Shown here piece after piece: positions 53,640 to 64,000 of a stretch of 64,000 bases of DNA. The position numbers and the translations under genes were made by a program. Source of the DNA: Octopus vulgaris (Eukaryota); contig OX597817.1 in assembly GCA_951406725.2 (NCBI GenBank), forward strand, positions 25,234,001 to 25,298,000, in the 5' to 3' direction. A model generated the notes under the pieces. It was not told the origin of the DNA. It saw only the letters and a program-made list of their open reading frames with translations, and ran no database searches. The first letter of the stretch is position 1, and each line of letters begins with the position of its first letter.

Positions 53640-53722
53640 CCTTCTATATAATAAATTAATTTTACTCTGCTATGTATTGAGTACCTTACTCACTGTGGTT
53701 AACCCCGAATCAACCCGGGACC

Positions 53723-53759
<37 letters not shown>

Positions 53760-54249
53760 GAGATCATATAGAAGCACTTGAGTGTAAGTACATAACCGGT
53801 TCATAATGCTTAAAAGTGAACAACTCTATGAGATTGAATCTGCCGTTTGGATTATAAAAGTAAATATTATGAATCATTAATGATAAGAAGGAAATAATGT
53901 CTAAGATATATAAAAATAGGAGTATAAAGTGGTTTGAAGCTGTAGAATTACAGAATCATGTAGTCATTAGAAGGTATCAGCTTCAATATTATGCAAAACA
54001 AGAAAAAAAGATAGTTCAGGCATTAAATATGGGTACAATAGACTGGAGTAATAAGTAATTTTATAAGCAGCAGAATGTCTGAATATGGTTTAATACATTA
54101 TCTGTTACTAAACTGAGACAAACTTATGGTTATCCAAGGAAAGGAAATATTTAGCTACATCGATCTTGGTAATAAAGTTTATTAGTGTAGGAGTAGTAAT
54201 TAAGTGCCAGGTCAGGTATAGTTAGTATAATGGAATGATTTGTATCTAA

Positions 54250-56390
54250 GGTGCTAGCAATTAATTCATCATGCTGATTTAATTTTGTTAGTATGGAATG
54301 CCTCAGATACACTGAACCCACACGAACCACCACCGTGTTTACATAGACCAAGCAATTTAAAATTCAATATAATTATCTGTGACTGAATGTACACATTTAG
54401 CTAGAAATGTACTTTTAGCTTTATCTTTATGCCTAAATGTAAATTTATGACTACTTCAGCGAATTTTTAACGATGAACAAAATGCACCTATATAAACATG
54501 TTCTTTACCAAGAGTAGTGACAGAGGATCTATTCACTGTAATTTTCCTGAGGCACTTGTTATTAATGGGACACAGTGATTTATTTCGACAGATACACAGA
54601 GAAAGCTTAGCTCTGTGATACATAGAGCAAGGTTATTCGTAGGTATGATGAGCTCAGCTTGATTATCATTAACAGTACTATTATTTGAATCAATTACAAC
54701 AGTATGTTGATTATTTTCAGTAGTTGCCGTATAGCGGCTGTGTCGGTTGCTAGAAGATGTATAAGATGCATGATCAGTTGTTGTAGTAATACAAGTTACA
54801 CAGTTTGATATACCACGGTTAAATTTTCCTATATATTCATCAATGTCAGACATGGTAGAGTACGGTAGTTTATATATATATATATAAAGATTTTATGATA
54901 CAGGCTAGATTTAGGGAAGAGTCTATCTAAAGCTTCAAAAGGTTTTTGAACCACTTTAAAAGCAACATTCAAACTGAAGTGGTGGAGAGTTGCATAAGAA
55001 AATATTCCTATGTGAACTATTTTTATTTTTATATTTTGGTTTATTCACATTAGATATAGTAGGGTCTAAAGTAGTTTAGTCATAAGGGCAATTAATACAA
55101 TTATATTACCTGATTTAACCACAAGATTATTAATGTTGTTGTTAATATTATAATTATCATTATGAAAGAACTCCCCCACCACTACCACTACTACTACTAC
55201 CTATTGCTATTACTACTATCATTGATCTTTTTATGACTATCATTATCATCATTAATGACATAAATACCGTACTCAATGCTAAGTGTTTTTTTGTGACAAA
55301 TCACAGTTTTTTCTATTTTTACTTCGTTTGTCATTTTTGTAAGTTTGATTCTTATTAGTTATATTCAGCATTTCACGGGGGCAACTTATATTAATTTTAT
55401 TGAATTTATTTGTGCCAGACAAATTATGATTGTAATTGTTGTCATTATATTTATTAGGGTACTTATTGGTATTTAGTTTTCGAAATTTAGCACTATTCAT
55501 CGTCCTTCCGACAGTTGAAGTACGGTTTTGCATGTTTTTAGTGTCTATACTTAAAACTTTTCTAACTATATTATTAATTCTACTAGAATTAATATTAATT
55601 ACATTAACACATCCAGCAGATGATTTCGCGTGATTAGTAGAAGTTGAGAAATCGTAAAATTTAAGGCGACATGCAATTTCTTCTATATGACCAGCCATTA
55701 CTAGAGCTTCTTAATAGTAGCTAGCGTTATTGTCAATGATGTTCTGGTTAACAGAAAGCAATGATATACGAGAGGATCCACTGTTCATAGTGGAATGTAT
55801 TGTGGCGATTAATGTAAGTTAAATGTTGATTTGGTTTATGGAAATGTTTAAAGATACATGTACTAGGATCTAGAGTAACCTCTAGGAAGTTAACTATTTT
55901 ACAGTTGTAATCAAATGTAATAGATAAACCTACATTATTAAAGTGTCTAATAAGCTTTTTTCTTAGTTCTAACATTGTCAGCATTACTAGAATTATGTAT
56001 AGTTAGAAAAGCAACGTCTTCAAGATTCTGTACGTCATCTTTAATACAACATAATAAGTATAAGCCCACGAGATCAGTCACTTGCGCAGAGATATTAGAT
56101 CCCATAATCATATCGAAATTATTTTGCCTACCCTTTCTTGTCGAAAACTTACCATTAAATTTCATGATAGTTCTCCTGGTTGTTAAAATGTTATCTATAT
56201 CATTTTGGTTAAATTAGAATTCTTCACAGCAAGGACGAGAACCTTGTTTAGAAGTATAAGGAAACTGGAAATGTAATAATTATCAAAATCAAACTGCAGA
56301 AACTTGACGTTTATCTTATGCCTTATGATTAAAAACTTTTGGTTTTACTGATTATACCAAGCTAATTTTACATAGTGTTGGTCTTCCATG
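54250..56390 (-). pseudogene. Fossil Penelope-like element ORF: reverse transcriptase + GIY-YIG endonuclease
   Basis: Collinear FLQFDFDNYY, FDMIMGSNISAQVTDLVGLYLL, GLSITFDYNCKIVNFLEVTLD..HKPN..YINRH, HFSLNV..LDRLFPKSSLYHKIF..YSTM, HVYIG..KIR*SSHKFTFRH..STFLAK, KLNQHDELI; frameshifted. Confidence 0.85.
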
Positions 56391-56681
56391 TATTGTATAT
56401 ATATATAAGAGAAAATTTTGTATATATACTTAGAGTCGAATCATTGGTTTAACTACTATGTTCTGGTGATCTGATGAGCTAGCTTTCTTTGTTTGCATTG
56501 ATTTGTGAATATGCATTTGTATTGTATAATTCTCGACCTATACACCTATCACACGTACCCCATACACCATTTCATATCCACATGGATTAAACGTACCACA
56601 AGCTACACTGACACACACTTCCTGTGCATTCAATCATACAAGCATACTGACATACATACATTGTACCGTAAATCTACATCA

Positions 56682-56955
56682 TGACTGGCACTCCGTCGGT
56701 TACGATGATTCGTGAAATTAACATGTAAGTGGCTGAGGACTCCACAGACACGCATACTCTCAGGGAGTTTCAGTGTGACACAGAATGTGACAAGACTGGC
56801 CTTTTGAAATACTAGTGCTACTAATTTTTGCTAGCGGAGTGAACTTGTGTAACATGAAAAGTGTCTTGGTCAAGAATACAACGCACCACCGGAATCGAAC
56901 TCAGGACCTTACGATTGTGAGGCAAATACCCTAACCACTAAGCCACGTGTATTCA
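56682..56955 (-). mobile_element. tRNA/CORE-like SINE family E
   Basis: RC gtggcttagtggttagggta..gagttcgattcc head. Confidence 0.75.
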
Positions 56956-59490
56956 CTACCTACATCATACAACCATCCTGCTCACAAAATCCTTCACACC
57001 ATAACACCACGCAAATATATTTACGCAGTTATCCATATTATACCATACACATGTCCTACAAATGCGCATGCACACAAACACACACACTAACAAGCAAGCA
57101 AACAAATAAACGAACACTGGTGCGTGGGTTTCTTACTACACCTTTCATTTTCCCTCTCATACTTGCTCTTTCCACTTTTCACCGTTTTCGTTATGTCCTC
57201 TCTCCCTCTCCCGATCCATAACCTTTCTCCATTTAACCTCACTGAGATCAGGATTGTGCATCCACTTCTGTTCGTCCCATTTTACTTCCTCTCTATCCTT
57301 CTCCTTGCCATCTGCCATGTGAAGATACGTCTTTATTAAGTATCGTGCTTTTCTTCTCTTTCTCATGCCTATCAGTTCTTTTTTTTCCCCCTTTTTATCC
57401 TCACAGTGTCACACAAAACGTCCGATTCTTCACAGTTTCTTCCTATGGCCTATGAAGACATTACGTGTCACTCAGTGGGACTGAAATTGTAATCCGCGTT
57501 GTTGGACAATAAAATTCTCGACAAAATATTCATACTTGACTGCATAGTTGTGAAGCTGAGATTATCTATAATCTGTGGAACAAAAAGATAGACCACTGTT
57601 TTTAATCCTATGTATCTTACACCCATGATTACGCTTATAAAATTTATTAAAATTGCACAGCATCCATGAAATTAGAAACAATTTTCACACTCAGATTTGG
57701 TAAAGCATGGAAGAAACTACCTGTGCCAGCTGTTAGCTGTCAGAGCATTGAATCCATCAAAATTTTCCTGTTTTCAGAAATTCGACAGTACTACAGCTGA
57801 CGTGCCTATGCCCCGTTTCCTGCTCATGACTCTGTTAATGATCATTTTTCTGTTTCCATGTTTCATTCAGTGTATTATGCATGCACTTTGGGCTTCATTG
57901 CTGTCTTCATTTTTAACAAACTTTTTGACTTGTTACTGTGTTCTGTCTCCTCATTTACCATTTACTGATGAGTTCTGTTGTGCCTGAGCACTATGTATAA
58001 AAGGTCATATTCAAATACTATGTACAAAAGGTCATATTCACATACTGCAAAGATTTCCTGGAGGACCCCTCACCCCAAAATACTCAAGTACATGGTAAAA
58101 GTACAAACCATTGACGTGCATTATTTCTTATAAGTTGCATTACTTTGGCTTAAAATGTTAAATGCTCTAACACACACCTTCTCTCTCTCCCTTCCTCTCC
58201 CTCTCTATCTCTCCCTTCCTCCCCCTCTCTTTCTCTCTTTCATACACACATATACACACATTTATACATTCATACTCAGGCATTTCCATATATGCATAAT
58301 AACATGCACAACATATAAGTGCATACACACATCAATATTTTTTCCTAATGCTTCTATATATTAGAAAATTGTATGGTATTCGAAACATTGTGAAAATCTC
58401 ATGTGAATTGAGAATAGTACCCATTTATTCAGTTCAGTAAGCTGAGACTGGTAGGTATTGTACCATGTCTAAGAGAGCATTATTCAATTTTAAATTAACT
58501 CAAACTATCACTGTGAAGTAGTACTGACATTGAAAATTACTTTTATATGAGAGAACTAGCTTCTAAATGTAATGTTTTTTTCAAAAATTTTTATGTGACG
58601 AACACAGAATACTATTGTGTAACATGTGTCAAGTGCCCTTTGTATGCATGGAAATATTTCTATCTGTATGTATGTATATATGTGTGAGAGTGTGTGTGTA
58701 TAAGCATATATATACCGATGCACATATATTTACATATATACTTTCATTCATATGTATGTGTGTACATTTACATATATATATATACGCATGCATACAAACA
58801 TACATACATGTTTATATGCATGTACACACATATATACATATATACATACATTCGTATGTATGTGTGTACATATATATATATATACGCATACATACATGTA
58901 TTTTTGTATATGTGTGTGTACCTGTATACACACACAATATATCTTAATATAATCTGGGTAATAAACTTATAGTGTGCTTTCCAAAGCTCCTCTCCAGATA
59001 TCGGATACCAAATGTTATCATGTAATAAGTCTTCGCTGTTATTGGATATTCATGTGAAAATATCCGTAACAAATATCAGTAAACTATTAACAAATTTTAA
59101 AGAGAGAAGATAATAAAGCCTGTTCACTCCATCTTCCCGTATTAAATTTTGTTTCTATATATAATACCATGCGTAATATATATATCAACGTATATATATA
59201 TATATATATATTTTATATATATATATAAATATAGAATTGGTAGTATACCATAATACTGCCGGGTATCTGGTAATACTAAGGGAGAAAGAGCTATATTTTG
59301 TACACTAATACTTTTTTAACGGAATACACCTCAACGATATATATATATATAAATTAGAGAAAAACCACTATTGTGTAATTCAAACAATGATAGACATAAA
59401 CTAAATCATAAAGAAAAAGAAAATATATTATAAAACATAACTAGATCATAAAAAGCACAAAATAATGAATAAAAAATATATAAGTAAAAA

Positions 59491-59581
59491 GACTACGTAC
59501 GTTTCGTGGCTATAACTTCAATTCGAATTACAATAAAATTTTAATTTAATCCAATTTAAAAGTATAGTCACTTCTCAGGTC
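59491..59581 (-). ncRNA. Type I hammerhead motif with altered core, inside an AT-rich element (about 59350-61200)
   Basis: RC gac-CTGAGAA-gtgactata..tatagccac-GAAAC-gtac-GTA-gtc. Confidence 0.65.
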
Positions 59582-61221
59582 AACAATAATAGCAATAATA
59601 GTTAAATAAATAATCAAATAGAATTAAACAATATTTCTTAAAGAAATAAAATCATGATTCTTCTTATAGAAGAAACTCCGTTGACTAAATTTGAAACTTA
59701 AAAAGTAGGACCAGGTGTCTCTAATACATTTATCGTGTTAAAAACATTAGGTGAAAAAATAGAGTAAATAGATAGAAAAATGTATTTTTTCTGTGAAGAA
59801 ATATTTTAGCTTCGAGAATATCCTTAACAAACTATAGTATATCTTTTCACTAGCTATACTCTAATATTTTACAATACAAACTATTTTACAAATCAGTCAC
59901 ACTTAATATGTTTAGATTTTAGTTCACATATAATAATTATGAAATAATAAAATGATAAAATTAAAGAAATGTACGTATCTAAATTATAATTAACAAATAA
60001 AGCAATTAGAAATCCATATTTTTTCAATCAATAAACATATAAATAAATAAATTACTCCATTATTTATTAAATAAATATTATACTTATCATTACTAAAATA
60101 TTTATGAAATAAAAAATAAAAATTTTTTAAATTTCAAAACTAAAAACATATTACTTATCGTTTATAATATTATTTGCGAAATAAGTACTTATTATTTTTA
60201 TTAAATTCAATAGTACTAAGTATATAAATCTTTACACTACCTATACTAAAAAATTTTACGTTACAATCAAATTCAAAAAGTAACCAACCTAATACTTTTC
60301 GATTTTAGTTCACATATAATAATTATAATAATAAGAATAATTAAATAAATGTACGTATCTAAATTATCATTAACGAATAAAAAAAATTAGAAATCCATGT
60401 TTTTCAATCAATAATCATTGTACACTTATCTTTCTGAAGATATATTATGAACTAAAAAATTTCAAAACGAAAAACGTATTACTTAGCGTTTATAAATTTA
60501 CTCGTGAAGACGTGGCTTAAATAAATAGAACAAACATTTAGAAATATGCCTTTTATCAATGAAAACTACAAAATATATTTTAGCTTTAACAAAAAGAGAA
60601 TAAAATCACAAAAAGATAATAAAATCACAAAAGCTTACGATATCATTTACTAGAAATTTCAAAATTCTAAAATTACTACGAACAGACGTAAAACACAAAT
60701 ATACTCAAATTCACAACATACTTAAACTAATTTATATAATTTATATCTTCTTATTATTATAATTTATATCTTCAAAGATGAATATGGATTCATTAGAGAC
60801 AGCCGGGTTACCCTTCTCAGAAAACGATGGCAAATGCGTATTTCATAGAAGTGTTTACAAAGATAAAGATTTATAGAGAATAGAGTGGTGTAGTAAGAAA
60901 AGTATTGGAGAAGAAAGGGAATACTGAGAGAGGTGAAATGACTAGAGAGTATTTAGTGTAACGAAGACGTCAGTTGTTGAGAATCAGGAGGATGTGAGAT
61001 AAGGTCAATTGTATTTGCTGGACAGTTAAAGGGAGTTTTGTCAGAGTGTGCAGGAAGGCATAATAGTAAGCGTCTACTGGGAGATAAGAAGATTCTAAGG
61101 AAAAACAGATGCAAATAAATAGAGTTGTGGAGGGATAACGGTGAATTGGTTATAGAAGGAGGAGTGTGAGAAAATTACAAATTGTAAAATTGGAAGCTAG
61201 ATATGATAATTATAATAATCA

Positions 61222-61330
61222 TAGGAGCAGGCGTGGTTGAGTGGTAAGAACTTTGCTTACAAACTACATGGTTCCGGGTTCGATCTCATGGATTTGGTAG
61301 ACGGAAACTGAAAGATGGCAGTCATATATA
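61222..61330 (+). mobile_element. Internally deleted SINE A
   Basis: catggttccgggttcga joined to ggatttggtagacggaaactgaaaga. Confidence 0.7.
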
Positions 61331-61354
61331 TGTGGGTGTATTTTGTTTGTTCGG

Positions 61355-61389
<35 letters not shown>

Positions 61390-62360
61390 AAAAATTGAAC
61401 TCCATACACGAGTACATATACTTTTCAATATTATATTTTAAAAGCGGATCTTCCTCTGTCTGTCCGCTACAACATCTATTAAAGGAGGGGGAAAAGAAGA
61501 CGAATAAAAGTACATCACAACGTTTATTTAGAATAAAGGGAGGAGAAAAGATGTTGTTGAGGAAGAAATACAGTGAGTGAGTGTGTGTGTATTTATGTGT
61601 GTGTGTGCATGTGTGTGTAATAGATGGATAAATAGGTACGTAGTGTTGTCACCGTAGTAACTAACAAGTTTTGATTAAAAACACGAGAATTTTAAGTGCA
61701 AGTCTGTCGACACAACGCATCATAGCTTACAAAAATTACTTTCATTATATATCATTATAGATAGTTATTGTTTTGGTTATTTGCTTACGTGTGTGTTTCT
61801 CTGTGTGTCTGTGTGTCTTTCAATGTAGAGACAATGCAATATAATACGACTTCCAAAAAAAAAGACAAAAAGCTTTCACTATATAACAATACAGATAGTT
61901 TTTTGGTTGTTTGTATGTTTGTGTATTTCTGTGTGTGTCTGTCTGTTTGCTTGTTTGTGTGTTTGTGTCTGTGTATCAAACACAGACAGACATAAAGATA
62001 TACACATAAATACATATGTATATACCACATATAAAACATATTTTGCTTAGCCACCTTCTTTCATATCCTACTCTAAGGGTATTGGTCAAGCTATCATAGT
62101 AAAGAACACTTTTCCCATGATGCTGTGCACTGAGATTAAATTTCGAGTCATGTGGTTGAGAAGTAAACTTCTTAACTGCACAACTATTTTTCTATGGCTT
62201 TGCAGAATATAAGTTGGATTAATAATTCTTGAAGTTTTAAGAGGTTTCTTTTCCAATATATTTTTCTCTGTGAATTAACTCCATGATAATCTGTGGCCTT
62301 TGAAAATTCTATTAAAGAAGGAGGGAAAGAGTAAAGTCAGAGGAAGAAAATGATGATGAC

Positions 62361-62406
<46 letters not shown>

Positions 62407-62988
62407 TAGTTCAAGTATGCTGAGAAAATTGAATTGAGCATAGAAAAACATTTACAGACAAAATATTCATTCAATCTCATTCTCTTTTACCTTCATCTTT
62501 TCCTCTTCTCTTTATTTCTTTAGAGATGTTTTTCACCCTTCTGTCTATCTTTCTGATTTCAATTTATATCACTGTTGCTTCAGTAATGGGTATAATTTAA
62601 TTGTTGAATTATTATATGTAGCACATCAGAACAAAAAAAAACATTCAAGAAATAATCCCATATATGAAATATTAAATATGTACAGATAAGCAAACTAATT
62701 ATTATATTGGCTTTAGATGAACAACAAAAACAACAAATGACAGTAACAACAGCTCCAACTACAACAAAATGAATATCAAATTTCATGATATGTTCAATGT
62801 AGCCAACATATCTTTCATGTAAATGAGAGCTACACATTTTAAATTCTAGATTTTTCCACAACAAACCCACACTGAAAAATGTAGAAATAATACAGATGAT
62901 TGGGTATCTTATAGCATGGCTGTAGTCAGCCTTTTAACCAAGGGTTTGGGTTTCAGTTGCTAAAATGGATTCACCATAAGCCAGCTAA

Positions 62989-63038
<50 letters not shown>

Positions 63039-63288
63039 AAAATCTTAGGGTGGCAAAAATATTTATAGAAAAATTCTTTGCTACCATTGGTCTAGTGAGA
63101 AGGAAAAAATTTAGTCAATAGACTAATTAAACTAATTATTCATAAAAGAATACAATGTACATTCAAACACATAAGAGATAACCGAAAAATAGGATATTTG
63201 ACTCACTAGAAAGAGCAGTTAAAACTCCAAGCCACTAATAGTTGCAATTCTGAAAGGGAATGAAAAATAAAAACATTTACCCTATTTT

Positions 63289-63375
63289 TCCTAGACTATG
63301 CATAGTTTCTGCAATCTTATATAAATTAAAATAAAATAATTCCAATTTATATCTGGTGCTGCTTCGTCAGTAGGA
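63289..63375 (-). ncRNA. Type I hammerhead motif in an element (about 63030-63540) between (AT)n tracts
   Basis: RC tccta-CTGACGA-agca..tataaatt..aatttata..tgca-GAAAC-tatgcata-GTC-tagga; 12-nt palindrome actatgcatagt. Confidence 0.8.
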
Positions 63376-63764
63376 TGCCAGGGATCGAACATATGGATAC
63401 GAAGCGATAAGTAACATGCCACGTGTCTATATGTTATAATTTTTCAAATCCACCGTGCAAATGTGGAACTATCTGGCAGTAAATAAATTGCTGATTTTCT
63501 TTCAAAATTAGCCAAAACACATTTTATTATTAATTAAATATATATATATATATATCTCAGGGCTTCACAGCACACATCTTCAGTAGGAGTTTTTGTTGCA
63601 CATTTGATTCTATATATATCATGGTTTAAATAGCTGTCATGAAAATATATCAGGTCATCTAAAAATATTAGTTAAAATGGATTATTCAAGTGATATCTGA
63701 TTCTCATCAGATTCACATGAAGAAAGACATTCTATACTCTCTCCTACCTTTAAAAGAGGAAGCA

Positions 63765-63808
63765 TTATCATTATTATTATTATTGTTGTTGTTATTATTA
63801 TTATTATT

Positions 63809-63846
<38 letters not shown>

Positions 63847-63890
63847 TATTATTATTATTATTATTATTATCATTATTATCATTATTATTT
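63765..63890. repeat. (ATT)n/(CAT)n compound microsatellite
   Basis: Directly visible. Confidence 0.95.
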
Positions 63891-64000
63891 CTTTTACTAT
63901 TGTAACACTGGAATTAAGACTGTTCAATGAGAAACATCTTTTGTTTTGTTATATACAGGTATATAACTTCATACAATGCTTCATGTTCCCTTTTGTAGGT

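Noticed and set aside
56469-56500. CTGATGAgctagc near the 5' side of the Penelope ORF
   Set aside because: No matching GAAA half

Overview
AT-rich, repeat-dominated animal genomic DNA with no complete host gene. The SINE families and microsatellite load suggest an octopus/coleoid genome (inference). Nearly all ORFs in the track are microsatellite or TE artefacts. The window holds several tRNA-derived SINE families, decayed RTE, CR1 and RLE-type LINE fragments, a non-autonomous Helitron, hAT- and piggyBac-type MITEs, and a near-identical 6.05-kb tandem duplication whose junction lies in two RTE 3' ends. It also holds a fossil Penelope-like element (RT + GIY-YIG, minus strand, about 54.2-56.4 kb). 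The main hidden signal is about 14 type-I hammerhead-ribozyme motifs (CTGANGA...GAAA...NTH), many with paired stems and palindromic stem/loop III. They belong to several non-coding families, mostly next to (AT)n tracts and often in fold-back palindromes. One family is a tRNA-headed SINE with a hammerhead tail, present as a head-to-head dimer. All calls were made by eye; boundaries are approximate unless a TSD or terminus is quoted.
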